The notes: generated from the sequence alone by a model not told the origin. Numbered from the stretch's first letter, positions 27,381 through 37,827 are shown. The stretch is DNA of 64,000 nucleotides from Candidatus Magasanikiibacteriota bacterium (GCA_052034405.1 JBPOIO010000004.1:751-64750), one strand, 5' to 3'. Translations and numbers: made by a program.

Positions 27381-27493
27381 ATGATGTTGAGTTAATGACT
27401 ACACTCTTCATCATACACCTTTGATGGTACAGCGTGATGTTCATACTGTCCCGTAGCACCGTGATTCGTTTCTGAACATCCAGTCAACATCTT

Positions 27494-27532
27494 CTCGACC
27501 AGGGTTCTGACTTCTCTTCTCGCGGTGCACAC
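27494..27532 (+). repeat. attR (element arm plus GTGCACAC core)
   Basis: Core identical to attL; AT-rich host sequence resumes at 27533. Confidence 0.85.
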
Positions 27533-27534
27533 AT

Positions 27535-27565
27535 AAAAAAAGCTTCCTTTTGGAAAGCTTTTTTT
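27535..27565. terminator. bidirectional terminator (original tRNA terminator)
   Basis: AAAAAAAGCTTCC-TTTT-GGAAAGCTTTTTTT. Confidence 0.8.
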
Positions 27566-27574
27566 GTTTTTCTT

Positions 27575-28075
27575 TTATTGAATCTTCCAGTTCCGTGCGG
27601 CAATATCGGCTGTTGGTTCACTATCTCTTTCCAAATCTTCTGGTAAAAATTCAAGCAGTGCAAAACGCAAATCTACAGGATTTTGATCACTCAAAGGAAC
27701 ACGCATGAGTGGTCGAATAATATTTTTTGTTTCAAAAAAAAGTGTCTTGACTGGAGGTTCATAAATAATATAAAAACCTTCAAGTTCAGAATATGGATAA
27801 AAACGATTTCCAATAATCACGCCAAGGTCTGTAATGGCAAAAGGAATAGTATGTGGTTCTTGGTGTTGTTGTACAAAAAGAATAATGGCAAAGAGCGCAA
27901 TAATCAAAGAAAACAAAAAGTTTCCAGTAAACATTCCGTACGCAATAAACACCAAACCCAGTCCTCCCATAACAAAATACCACAGTCGCCCACGAACCAT
28001 TTTTTCGTATTCTGGAAAAGTCCATTCAAAAAGTGGATTTCCAATCGATGTTTCTTCGGTAATTTGTTGTGGCAT
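27575..28075 (-). CDS. conserved two-TM membrane protein (CPR-type; PH-like C-terminus)
   Basis: FEW..PEY....RG..W, two TM helices, ITDLGVIIGNRFYPYSEL; start at MPQQITEE. Confidence 0.7.
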   Translation of the reverse strand: MPQQITEETSIGNPLFEWTFPEYEKMVRGRLWYFVMGGLGLVFIAYGMFTGNFLFSLIIALFAIILFVQQHQEPHTIPFAITDLGVIIGNRFYPYSELEGFYIIYEPPVKTLFFETKNIIRPLMRVPLSDQNPVDLRFALLEFLPEDLERDSEPTADIAARNWKIQ

Positions 28076-28160
28076 AAAAAAACAAAGTATTTTTATATAT
28101 GTATAGTATAACAAAGCCCATTGTAAAACACAAGAAAAATCGTTATACTATACAAGCACT

Positions 28161-29630
28161 ATGGAACATCACTATCCAAATTTTTTGGCACCAGAACAAA
28201 ACCAAAAAAATGAAACTCCAAAAAAATCATACAGAACCTTATACTTTTTAGGCTTTCTTCTTTTTTTGGCTCTTGGGGCAATAGCCACACATGCATTTAT
28301 AAGTCCAAAAACTCCTCATTCACAAACAGAACTCCAAACACTCCAAGCAAAAAAACCTACAGGAATACTTGGAAAACTCAAAGAATTTATTTTTCATAAA
28401 GATGCCAAACTCCTCGGCATAAATGAAGACCGCATCAATATTCTCATTTTGGGAGAAGGTGGACCAGGTCACGACGGCCCCTACCTCACAGACACTATTA
28501 TTTTGGGAAGTATAAAACCATCGACCAACCAAGTAGCTATGGTTTCTATTCCACGCGACCTTGTGGTAAATATTCCAGGATACGGTCCACGAAAAATCAA
28601 CAACGCCAATGCCTTTGCCGAAGCAAAAAATCCAGGTACAGGACCAGAAGCAGCCAAACAAGTCATTGAAAATACCTTTGGCATTCAAATACATTATTAC
28701 ACACGCATCGATTTTGCTGCATTTGAAAAACTTATTGATAAAGTAGGTGGCATTACTCTGAGTGTTGACCAAAGTTTCACAGATTACGAATACCCAATCG
28801 AAGGTCGTGAAGATGCACTGCCTATTTCAAGTCGTTACAAAATATTAAAATTTCACTCTGGTCTTCAATACATGGACGGAAAAACAGCTCTCGAATATGC
28901 TCGCTCACGTCACGGTGATAATGGTGAAGGATCCGACTATGCACGTTCAAAGAGGCAACAAAAAGTTTTGCTTGCCCTCAAAGAAAAACTTCTCTCTTTT
29001 GAAACACTCGCAAACCCTGCCACAATCAGCGATATACTTACTATGGTTGATTCACATATTCTCACCAATATGAGTATATCCGACATGATTGCCTTTGGTG
29101 GAATGGCTGGTAGTCTCAATACCAAAGAAATCACCAATCTAACACTCGACGATAGTCCTACAGGGCATCTTCATTCTGGATACGATGCTATTGGAGCTTT
29201 TGTCCTCACACCAAAAACAGGCAACTTTCGTGAAATAAGCAGCGCTATACAAAATATTTTTAATACTTCAACAAGTTCGGGAATCACAAAAACTCTTGAA
29301 ACAGTTAGTCCAACACAAAACACAAGCCAAAACGAAAACACAAATAAAACGGTTGAAATCCACAATGGTACCTGGGCAGCAGGACTTGCAGCACAAGCCA
29401 AAACTCGTCTCATTCAAAAACAATTTAACGTTGGAACTATTGGCAACAGTATCAATCGTCCACAGGCAAAAAGCGCCATCTATATAGTCGGAAACAAAGC
29501 CAACCTTGACGAGGTAAAAAGACTCCATGAAGAGTTCGATATTCCTGTAGAAAAAACCCTTCCAAATGGTGAATTCTATGCGAACACTACAGATATTTTG
29601 CTCATTTTAGGAGAAGATTTTGCCCTCTAA
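28161..29630 (+). CDS. LCP (LytR-CpsA-Psr) family protein with LytR C-terminal domain
   Basis: INILILG, TDTIIL, VSIPRDL, ALEYARSRH, SDYARSKRQQ, VEIHNGT...GLA, LILGEDF. Confidence 0.93.
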   Translation: MEHHYPNFLAPEQNQKNETPKKSYRTLYFLGFLLFLALGAIATHAFISPKTPHSQTELQTLQAKKPTGILGKLKEFIFHKDAKLLGINEDRINILILGEGGPGHDGPYLTDTIILGSIKPSTNQVAMVSIPRDLVVNIPGYGPRKINNANAFAEAKNPGTGPEAAKQVIENTFGIQIHYYTRIDFAAFEKLIDKVGGITLSVDQSFTDYEYPIEGREDALPISSRYKILKFHSGLQYMDGKTALEYARSRHGDNGEGSDYARSKRQQKVLLALKEKLLSFETLANPATISDILTMVDSHILTNMSISDMIAFGGMAGSLNTKEITNLTLDDSPTGHLHSGYDAIGAFVLTPKTGNFREISSAIQNIFNTSTSSGITKTLETVSPTQNTSQNENTNKTVEIHNGTWAAGLAAQAKTRLIQKQFNVGTIGNSINRPQAKSAIYIVGNKANLDEVKRLHEEFDIPVEKTLPNGEFYANTTDILLILGEDFAL

Positions 29631-29690
29631 CTTGAATTTTTTCAAGTTCTATGCTAGATTTAAAGAAAAATAATCACTTTTTCTCTTTTT

Positions 29691-31091
29691 ATGGCTACTC
29701 CAGCAAGTATTGATATTGACAAATTGCCTACCCTCGCCATTGTTGGACGAGTCAATGTTGGTAAATCCACACTCTTCAACCGTCTTGTCGAAAAAAACCA
29801 AGCAATCGTAAGTGACATCGCAGGAACCACCCGCACGAATAATGAAGGTGTTGTTTTATGGCGTGGAAAATTTTTCCACATTATTGACACAGGAGGACTC
29901 ACTTTTGAAAACGAAGTAGAATTTGAAAAAGATATCATGACCCAAGTAGAACGTGCGGTCCAGCATGCGGATATGATTGTTTTTGTGACAGATGCACAAA
30001 TAGGCATTTTACCCCAAGAAAAAGAATTGGCACGAAAACTTCGACGTATCACCCAAAAACCAGTTATGCTGGTTGCCAACAAAGTTGATACCACCAGAAT
30101 TGAATCTCAAATTCATAGTCCAGAATGGAGTAAACTCGGTCTTGGCGAACCCTATCCAGTATCGGCTGTCAATGGTCGCAATGTTGGAGACTTTCTTGAT
30201 CTTGTTTTCAAAACACTCAAAAAACTTTCAAAGAATCCAAAAGTAGTAAAAGATCCAAAAGACGAACCTATACGCGTAAGTATTTTTGGAAAACCAAATG
30301 TTGGAAAATCTTCACTTTTCAATAAACTTATTGGAGATGAAAAAGTAATAGTTAGTCCTATTGCACACACCACGCGCGAACCACACGATACACTCATGAC
30401 CTATGAATACGAAGAAAATGGTAAACTCCGAAAACAAAAAATAAATTTTATTGATACAGCCGGAATCCGCCGTAAAGCACAAGTAAATGGAGAACTTGAA
30501 CGCGCTGGTATTAGCAAAAGTCTCGACACTTTTACCACTTCGGATATCATTCTTTTTGTACTCGACGGATCAGAGCCAATTAGTCACCAAGATATGCAAC
30601 TTGGAGGACTTATGGAACGCCATTCAAAAAGTGTCATTGTTATTTTGAACAAATGGGATCTTGCAGAAGACAACAGTGATGAAAAACGCAATCAAGTAAA
30701 AAAAATGATAGCGTCTCATTTTCCACATATTGATTTTGCGCCAATTATCCTTACAAGTGGTCTTACTGGATACCGTGTACACCAAATTTTTCCAACCATT
30801 ATCGAAACATGGAAAGCACGTCACACTCGTATTGAAGCCGATGTCCTTGGAAACTTCATCCAAAAAATCAAACGTGAACACCGACCATCTCGTGGAAAAG
30901 GGACACGCCATCCAGATATTATGGGATTTCGTCAACTTGATACCAACCCACCAATATTTGAAATGCTTATCAAATATGGTACATCAATTCATATTTCATA
31001 CGTAAAATATATAGAAAATCGTTTGCGTGAAGAATTTAACTTTTTTGGTACACCTATTGTTATCAAACTCACAAAAATGAAACGTAAATAA
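29691..31091 (+). CDS. der: ribosome biogenesis GTPase Der/EngA
   Basis: Two G domains: GRVNVGKS/DTGG/NKVD and GKPNVGKS/DTAG/NKWD; KH-like tail. Confidence 0.96.
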   Translation: MATPASIDIDKLPTLAIVGRVNVGKSTLFNRLVEKNQAIVSDIAGTTRTNNEGVVLWRGKFFHIIDTGGLTFENEVEFEKDIMTQVERAVQHADMIVFVTDAQIGILPQEKELARKLRRITQKPVMLVANKVDTTRIESQIHSPEWSKLGLGEPYPVSAVNGRNVGDFLDLVFKTLKKLSKNPKVVKDPKDEPIRVSIFGKPNVGKSSLFNKLIGDEKVIVSPIAHTTREPHDTLMTYEYEENGKLRKQKINFIDTAGIRRKAQVNGELERAGISKSLDTFTTSDIILFVLDGSEPISHQDMQLGGLMERHSKSVIVILNKWDLAEDNSDEKRNQVKKMIASHFPHIDFAPIILTSGLTGYRVHQIFPTIIETWKARHTRIEADVLGNFIQKIKREHRPSRGKGTRHPDIMGFRQLDTNPPIFEMLIKYGTSIHISYVKYIENRLREEFNFFGTPIVIKLTKMKRK

Positions 31092-31132
31092 TGTTTTATA
31101 TCCTAACGGCTATATAATCTTCGCTCGCTCCT

Positions 31133-31675
31133 ATGAAACTCATAATTGGTCTCGGAAATCCTGGGAAAAAATATGAGAAAACCCGACACAATGTTGGGTT
31201 TTTGGTACTTGATGCACTTCATGAAAAACTTGCAAAAGAACAAATGTCCCCATGGGAACACAGCCGAAAATTTCGATCCGAAATAGCTGGAGCAACTCTC
31301 AATAACGAAAAAATTATTTTGGTAAAACCCCAGACATTCATGAATGAATCTGGAGTTGCGGTCCAACAAATTGCCAGTTTTTATAAACTCACCTCAAAAG
31401 ATATTATCGTAGTACACGACGATAAAGATATTCCCCTTGGAGAAATAAAAGTTCAACAAGATCGAGGGAGTGCTGGACATAATGGTATTAAATCAATTAT
31501 AGAACATATCGGAACTCAAAATTTTTTTCGTATTCGTGTTGGAGTTGCCAGTGACAATGCAAAACAAATGGAAAATATTGCTGATTTTGTCCTCTCCAAA
31601 TTTGGACTATTTGAAAAAGGAAAACTCAAACTCAAAATACAACACGCAGTTGATGAAATTCTCAAACTTCTATGA
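31133..31675 (+). CDS. pth: peptidyl-tRNA hydrolase
   Basis: GLGNPG..Y..TRHNVG, KPQTFMNESG, GHNGIKS. Confidence 0.96.
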   Translation: MKLIIGLGNPGKKYEKTRHNVGFLVLDALHEKLAKEQMSPWEHSRKFRSEIAGATLNNEKIILVKPQTFMNESGVAVQQIASFYKLTSKDIIVVHDDKDIPLGEIKVQQDRGSAGHNGIKSIIEHIGTQNFFRIRVGVASDNAKQMENIADFVLSKFGLFEKGKLKLKIQHAVDEILKLL

Positions 31676-32748
31676 GAAAAGAAATCCTCATCTCCTATTT
31701 TCCAAAAATTACTTTTACACGCTATCAATCACTGATACGAAAATTTCATAATCTTGACTCTGCATGGAAGGCAGAGTTTTCTGATTTTGGAGAATCTACT
31801 TGGGAAGAAAATATTATTCATGAATTTTTGTTATGGAAAGAAAAAGTAGACGAAGAAGCGCTTGAAAAAACTTTGGAAAAAGAAAACATACAGCCCGTAT
31901 TTTTTACAGACAAAAACTATCCCCCACTCCTACGCGAAATTCATGATCCACCACTGTGTTTGTTTATTCGTGGAAATATAGAAAATATTTCATATCCAAT
32001 TGCCATTGTTGGTACAAGAAAGTCTACATCCTATGGACGCCAAGTAAGTGAAGAAATTATCAAAGATCTTGTTTCCTGCAATATGACCATTGTGAGTGGT
32101 CTTGCTCTTGGTATTGACGGTATTTGCCATGAAGCAACACTCAAAGAGCATGGCAGAACTATTGCGGTACTTGGCTCTGGCGTAGATAAAAATACTATTT
32201 ATCCATCACTACACAAGCATCTTGCAGAAAAGATTATTGCGTCAGGTGGAGCCGTCATTTCTGAATACCCGCCCTACAGCAAAGCAAGCATCTATTCATT
32301 CCCCCGTCGTAATCGCATCATCGCAGCCATGACAATGGGAACACTTGTTATTGAAGCCCAAGAATCTTCGGGGTCACTTATCACCGCACAATGTGCTCTT
32401 GAATATAATCGTGAAGTTTTTGCGATTCCACAAAATATTCATTCACCTACTGCAGCAGGTCCAAACAATATTATAAAAATGGGAGCACGCCCAGTCACAG
32501 AATCACAAGATATTTTAAATATTTTCAACTTACAAAAACCAACCCTCCTTGAAAGCGAAAAACAAATAGGAAATACCCCCGAAGAAACACTTATTTTACA
32601 AACACTTTCAAGAGAACCGACGCACATTGATGCTATAATAAAAAACACACATATGAGTAGCTCCTCTGTACTTGGAACCTTGACAATTTTGGAAATCAAA
32701 GGTAAGGTGCGAAATCTTGGCAGCCAAAATTATATCCTCAATATATGA
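31672..32748 (+). CDS. dprA: DNA processing protein DprA
   Basis: AIVGTR..T.YG, VSGLALGIDG..H, FPRRNRII, SGSLITA. Confidence 0.95.
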   Translation: MRKEILISYFPKITFTRYQSLIRKFHNLDSAWKAEFSDFGESTWEENIIHEFLLWKEKVDEEALEKTLEKENIQPVFFTDKNYPPLLREIHDPPLCLFIRGNIENISYPIAIVGTRKSTSYGRQVSEEIIKDLVSCNMTIVSGLALGIDGICHEATLKEHGRTIAVLGSGVDKNTIYPSLHKHLAEKIIASGGAVISEYPPYSKASIYSFPRRNRIIAAMTMGTLVIEAQESSGSLITAQCALEYNREVFAIPQNIHSPTAAGPNNIIKMGARPVTESQDILNIFNLQKPTLLESEKQIGNTPEETLILQTLSREPTHIDAIIKNTHMSSSSVLGTLTILEIKGKVRNLGSQNYILNI

Positions 32749-34025
32749 CATACTCTGAGGCAGAACAATATATTCTCTCTTTTTCCAACCTTCCACGGAC
32801 AGAATACATGCAAAATCCAAAAGATTGTGTACAATATCTCAAACGTGTACAATTTTTTCTTGACCGTATCAAAAATCCAGAACGTAAAATTCCACACTTT
32901 ATCCATGTAACTGGTACCAGTGGAAAAGGTTCTGTCTGTGCATTTTTACAATCCATACTTGTGACACATCACAAAAAAACAGGACTTTTTGTATCTCCTC
33001 ATCCAACGGATCTCTGTGAACGATGGCAGATCAATAATCGTCAAATGACAAAAAGAGAATTTATAAAAATAATAGAAAAACTCAAACCTATTTTTGACCT
33101 TTACGCAAAGACGAGCACCTACGACATGCTTTCTTTTTTTGATATTACAACAATTATAGGGCTTGTGTATTTTGCAGAACATAAAGTTGAATGGGCTGTT
33201 ATCGAAGTAGGCTGTGGTGGACGATATGACTCAACAAATATTTTACCCTGGAAAGACATCGCTATCATTACAAATATTGGACTTGATCACACACAGATTC
33301 TTGGAGAAACAAAAGAAAAAATTGCATACGAAAAATCTGGCATCATACAAAAAGATTGTACTGTGTTTACCATGGAAGCCGAAAAGAAAGTTTTAAAAAT
33401 TATACAAACAGAGTGTACACAAAAAAATGTTGTTTTACATGTTGTAAAAAATAAACAAAACAATACACAAAAATTACAAGAAAAATGGAATATTGTGGGA
33501 GCCCACCAAGTACAAAATGCACTTTTTTGTAAAGAAGTTGCAGGCTTTCTCCAAATTCCTGAATCTATAATCGAACAAGGTATAAAAAATACCAAACAAC
33601 CACTTCGCATGCAAATAGTTTCCAAAAAACCATATATCATTCTTGATGGCGCACATAATAAAGATAAAATTCAAACAAGCGTGGCAAGTACAAAAGAACT
33701 CCAAAAAAATAAAAAACGAAAAAATATTCATATCATTGTGGGATTTTCTGCAGATAAAAATTTTGAACAAATGATCAAACAACTTTCTACCCTCCAAGCT
33801 TCGAGCATTGCATGTACTCGTAATACTATTAATCCTTTTAAAAAAGTTGCAAATCCTGTAGATATTGCAGCTCTCTTCAAAAAACAAAACCCAAAAGCAA
33901 AGATACAAATATTTCTTGATCCACAACAAGCCTTTGCCTGGAGCAAAAAACAGTGCCAAAGCAAAGATATAATTCTCTCAACTGGCTCCATATTTTTAAG
34001 TGGTGAACTCCGCAAAACTTTTTGA
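32745..34025 (+). CDS. folC: folylpolyglutamate synthase / dihydrofolate synthase family
   Basis: IHVTGTSGKGS, SPH, EVGCGGRYDSTN, IGLDH, ILDGAHN, TGSIFL. Confidence 0.9.
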   Translation: MTYSEAEQYILSFSNLPRTEYMQNPKDCVQYLKRVQFFLDRIKNPERKIPHFIHVTGTSGKGSVCAFLQSILVTHHKKTGLFVSPHPTDLCERWQINNRQMTKREFIKIIEKLKPIFDLYAKTSTYDMLSFFDITTIIGLVYFAEHKVEWAVIEVGCGGRYDSTNILPWKDIAIITNIGLDHTQILGETKEKIAYEKSGIIQKDCTVFTMEAEKKVLKIIQTECTQKNVVLHVVKNKQNNTQKLQEKWNIVGAHQVQNALFCKEVAGFLQIPESIIEQGIKNTKQPLRMQIVSKKPYIILDGAHNKDKIQTSVASTKELQKNKKRKNIHIIVGFSADKNFEQMIKQLSTLQASSIACTRNTINPFKKVANPVDIAALFKKQNPKAKIQIFLDPQQAFAWSKKQCQSKDIILSTGSIFLSGELRKTF

Positions 34026-34030
34026 GCCGA

Positions 34031-34059
34031 TTGACAGAATGGCAAAACTCGACTACTAT
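34031..34059 (+). promoter_or_regulatory. sigma70 promoter of topA
   Basis: TTGACA-17 bp-TACTAT. Confidence 0.7.
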
Positions 34060-34093
34060 GAGTAGTACCTTATAGCAAAAACTCCCTTATTTT

Positions 34094-36508
34094 ATGCCAA
34101 AAACACTCGTTATTGTAGAGTCTCCTACAAAAGCAAAAACCATTTCAAGATTCCTTGGATCACAATATATTGTTGAATCTTCTTTTGGTCATGTACGCGA
34201 TTTACCAAAAAGCAAAATGGGAATTGACCTCGAACACGGAACTTTTGAACCTCAATATACGGTCTCACGCGACAAAGCAGCTCATGTCAAAAAGCTCAAA
34301 GAACTTGCAGCAAAAGCAGATGATATTATATTCGCAACCGATGAAGACCGCGAAGGAGAAGCTATCTCCTGGCATTTGGCACATATATTTGATGTAGATC
34401 CTGCAAAAGCAAAACGCATCGTATTTCACGAAATTACAGAACATGCTATTACAGAAGCGATAAAAAATCCAAGACATATTGACCAAAGACTTGTCGATGC
34501 ACAACAAGCACGCCGTATTCTTGATCGTATCGTTGGATATGAACTCTCACCATTTCTCTGGAAAAAAGTAGCACGAGGGCTTTCGGCAGGACGAGTACAG
34601 TCCGTAGCAGTACGTCTCATTGTAGAACGCGAACGAGAAATTCAAGCTTTCAAACCCGAAGAATATTGGACTCTCGGCGGAATTTTTACAGAACCAAAAC
34701 AACAAGGTGAAATTCGTGCAGAACTCAATGCTATTGATGATAAAAAACTCGATAAATTTGATTTGAATACAAAAGACAAAATTGATCAAGTATTAAAACA
34801 TCTCGAAAATACAAAATATACAATCACAAATATTGAAAAAAAATCTGCCAAGCGCACACCTCCTGCACCATTTACCACCTCTACACTTCAGCAGGTTTCA
34901 AACCAAAAACTCAAATATTCGAGTAAACAAACCATGCGTTTGGCACAGCAACTTTATGAAGGTATTGCACTTGGAACTGGTGGCCAAGTTGGTCTCATTA
35001 CCTACATGCGTACTGACTCAAATTTTCTCTCTGAGAAATTTTTGGACGAAACAAAAAGTTTTGTAAAATCTCAGTATGGTGCGAAGTTTTCTCTTGAATC
35101 TTCACGCGTTTTCAAAACAAAATCAAAAGGCGCACAAGAAGCCCACGAAGCAATTCGTCCAACGGATCCGACACGAACCCCCGAATCTATTGCTGCATAC
35201 CTTACACCACAACAACTCAAACTCTATGCACTCATTTGGAAGCGTGCAGTAGCAACACAAATGGCCGATGCAATGCTTGATCGCACAGCAATTGATATCA
35301 CATCAAATTCATCTCCAAGCTACAACTTTCGCGCCAATGGACAAACTGTTGTATTTCCAGGATGGCTTACACTCTATCCAGAATTTCAAAAAGAAGAAGT
35401 CCTCCCAAATGTTCAAGAAAAAGATCTGGTCAACTGCAACTCACTCACTCCAGAGCAACACTTCACAGAGCCACCTGCTCGCTACAGTGATGCGACACTC
35501 GTCAAAGTGATGGAAGAATACGGCATTGGTCGTCCTTCAACTTATGCACCAACCATTGGTACTATTGAAGCACGCCAATATGTAGAGCGTGATGACAACA
35601 AACGCCTCAAACCAACAGATGTTGCATTTTTGGTCAATGCACTTTTGGTTGATCATTTTCAAAATATTGTAGACTATGGTTTCACAGCACAAATGGAAGA
35701 AAACCTCGATGAAATTGCAGAAGGAACCAAAGATTGGAAACCAATTATCGCAACATTCTACGAACCATTTCACGAAAATATTTTGAACAAAACAGAAGAA
35801 CTCGAAAAAGCAACCCTCACAGGTGCACGAGACCTTGGAATTGATCCTACAAATGGCAAGCCAATTTCTGTTCGTCTTGGCCGTTTTGGACCCTTTGTAC
35901 AAAAAGGAACAAAAGAAGACGAAGAAAAACCTCTATTTGCATCTCTCAAAAAAACACAATCCATGGAAACGATCACACTCGAAGACGCGCTTGAACTCTT
36001 CAAACTTCCTCGCGATTTGGGTGAAACAACAGATGGTGAAAAAATGATTGTACAAATTGGACGCTTTGGACCCTATATCAAAGTTGGTCCAAAATATTAT
36101 AGTCTCAAAGTAGATGATCCATATACAGTAACCCATGTTCGTGGACTTGAAATAATTCAAGAAGCTGCCGACAAAGAAGCCGCTGCGCTCATCAAATCAT
36201 TTCCAGAGAGTGACATTGTAGTGAAAATTGGTCGCTATGGACCCTACATCACTGACGGAAAGAAAAATGCCAAAATACCAAAAGGAGTAGAAGCAAAAGA
36301 TCTTGATTTTGAAACAGTCAAAAAACTCATTGATGAAGCCCCAGAAAAACGAGGCGGCTGGGGACGAAAGAAAAAAACTGATTCAAAAGATGACGAAGGT
36401 TCTGAAAAAGAAACTCCAAAAAAACCAAAGAAAAAAACAACTCGCAAAAAATCTACAAAAAAGAAAAGCACAAATTCAGGCAAAGCAACAAAAATCCAAG
36501 TTGTCTAA
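34094..36508 (+). CDS. topA: DNA topoisomerase I with Topo_C repeats and Lys-rich tail
   Basis: IVESPTKAKTI, ATDEDREGE, SAGRVQS, ITYMRTDS, GIGRPST, GR(F/Y)GP repeats. Confidence 0.97.
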   Translation: MPKTLVIVESPTKAKTISRFLGSQYIVESSFGHVRDLPKSKMGIDLEHGTFEPQYTVSRDKAAHVKKLKELAAKADDIIFATDEDREGEAISWHLAHIFDVDPAKAKRIVFHEITEHAITEAIKNPRHIDQRLVDAQQARRILDRIVGYELSPFLWKKVARGLSAGRVQSVAVRLIVEREREIQAFKPEEYWTLGGIFTEPKQQGEIRAELNAIDDKKLDKFDLNTKDKIDQVLKHLENTKYTITNIEKKSAKRTPPAPFTTSTLQQVSNQKLKYSSKQTMRLAQQLYEGIALGTGGQVGLITYMRTDSNFLSEKFLDETKSFVKSQYGAKFSLESSRVFKTKSKGAQEAHEAIRPTDPTRTPESIAAYLTPQQLKLYALIWKRAVATQMADAMLDRTAIDITSNSSPSYNFRANGQTVVFPGWLTLYPEFQKEEVLPNVQEKDLVNCNSLTPEQHFTEPPARYSDATLVKVMEEYGIGRPSTYAPTIGTIEARQYVERDDNKRLKPTDVAFLVNALLVDHFQNIVDYGFTAQMEENLDEIAEGTKDWKPIIATFYEPFHENILNKTEELEKATLTGARDLGIDPTNGKPISVRLGRFGPFVQKGTKEDEEKPLFASLKKTQSMETITLEDALELFKLPRDLGETTDGEKMIVQIGRFGPYIKVGPKYYSLKVDDPYTVTHVRGLEIIQEAADKEAAALIKSFPESDIVVKIGRYGPYITDGKKNAKIPKGVEAKDLDFETVKKLIDEAPEKRGGWGRKKKTDSKDDEGSEKETPKKPKKKTTRKKSTKKKSTNSGKATKIQVV

Positions 36509-36511
36509 AAC

Positions 36512-36549
36512 AAAAAAAGAACCCCGACTCAATCGGGATTCTTTTTTTT
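36512..36549. terminator. bidirectional terminator
   Basis: AAAAAAAGAACCCCGA-CTCAA-TCGGGATTCTTTTTTT between convergent genes. Confidence 0.75.
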
Positions 36550-37795
36550 ATTCCAAATATGATGCTGGGTTTACCGGTATACCATTTTTACGTACTTCAA
36601 AGTGCAAATGCGCACCCGTCACAAAGGGACCAGCTCCAGCAGTTCCTGGAGTTCCACCAGAATATCCAATCACGTCCCCACGAGTCACAAATTGGTCTTC
36701 TGTAACAATAATCTTACTCAAGTGACCATATAAGGTAGATACATTCCCGTCATGAACTATAAGAATATAGGCATAACAACTTGCGAGTGTACATTTTTTA
36801 GCACGAGCCACATAGCCCGAAGCAGCAGCACGAATTGGCGTACCCTGAGAAGCACGAATATCAATACCACTATGCTCAAATACATTTCGAAATGGATAGC
36901 TTGGATCATGAAAAGTTGCCGTCACATAGCGACTTGGAGCTGGCCAAGCAAAAGCTCCCGCACTATCCGAAACCTTTTCTGTAATTTTTTTATTTTTTTC
37001 CAATTTTTTTCGAACCTGTCGTTCAATACTCGTTACTTCATTTTCAACCTGTTGGTATTGCTGTTTTAAACTGGATAATAATGTATTGTATTTTGCTTGT
37101 GAAATAGATGTTTGTACGAGCAATGTTTGTTTTCCATTTGTCTGTTCTATCAAATCTTGTTTTTTATTTTTTAGGTCAGTCTGCACTGCAATAAAATTTG
37201 TTTTCTGACCTTCCAAATCTTTTTTTTGTGTTTCCAGTTCTTCTTTTGCAAGACGAAGTCCTCGCATAGTACGACTCAAATCCTCTTCTACTGTTTTGGT
37301 ATAATGAAGTTGATTGTAAAAATCAGAAAAATTATCATGACTCGCGGCAATTTCGATATAGTTCTTTTCATCCTGCTGGTGAAGCGAACGAACCAGTTCA
37401 CTCACAATACTTTTTTGACGAGCAATCTGCTGTTCTTTTTGACTCATGGCGAGCTGTGTTCGAGAAATTTCTAACTGTAAAACATCAAGCTTTTCTTGTG
37501 TCGCATTAATATCTGTTGTTATTTCAGAAACTCGTGCATCCAAAATACCAATTTGATTTGATAAAGATATTGCTTCAAGATGTTTTTCCTGAATTTTTTT
37601 CTTGAAATCTGCGATAGATTTTTCAAGCTGTGCAATTCTTTGTTTTTTTTCATTAATTTGTTTTTGAAGCGAGTCTATTTCTTCTACATTTCCACCTGTT
37701 TCTTGAACAGAAAAAACGGGAATCGAATTGGAAATACAAAAAACCACAGCAAAAAGAAAAGCTGTGATAAAAAATGATATCTTTTTATTTTTCAT
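36548..37795 (-). CDS. secreted coiled-coil M23 peptidase (EnvC/CwlO-like)
   Basis: Signal peptide, long coiled coil, HSGIDI, TLYGHL, HLHFEVR. Confidence 0.9.
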   Translation of the reverse strand: MKNKKISFFITAFLFAVVFCISNSIPVFSVQETGGNVEEIDSLQKQINEKKQRIAQLEKSIADFKKKIQEKHLEAISLSNQIGILDARVSEITTDINATQEKLDVLQLEISRTQLAMSQKEQQIARQKSIVSELVRSLHQQDEKNYIEIAASHDNFSDFYNQLHYTKTVEEDLSRTMRGLRLAKEELETQKKDLEGQKTNFIAVQTDLKNKKQDLIEQTNGKQTLLVQTSISQAKYNTLLSSLKQQYQQVENEVTSIERQVRKKLEKNKKITEKVSDSAGAFAWPAPSRYVTATFHDPSYPFRNVFEHSGIDIRASQGTPIRAAASGYVARAKKCTLASCYAYILIVHDGNVSTLYGHLSKIIVTEDQFVTRGDVIGYSGGTPGTAGAGPFVTGAHLHFEVRKNGIPVNPASYLE

Positions 37796-37827
37796 AGAGC
37801 GACAAGCATTTATTCCCTATGTTTTTT

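Larger units (their letters stand above)
13180..27532. mobile_element. GC-rich integrative (probably mobilisable) element inserted at the tRNA-Arg 3' end
   Basis: Sharp GC jump at both ends; GTGCACAC direct repeat at 13180-13187 and 27525-27532; the host tRNA terminator follows the right copy; two serine recombinases and a relaxase/coupling-protein module. Confidence 0.92.

Noticed and set aside
13180-27532. Island as an assembly chimera
   Set aside because: Precise direct repeat at the tRNA end, displaced host terminator and in-frame attP reconstruction argue for real integration, although reads were not checked
31672-34025. Alternative genetic code (UGA=Gly as in Gracilibacteria/Absconditabacteria)
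   Set aside because: pth, dprA and folC end at TGA at expected lengths, with ATGA overlaps, and long genes are intact under code 11
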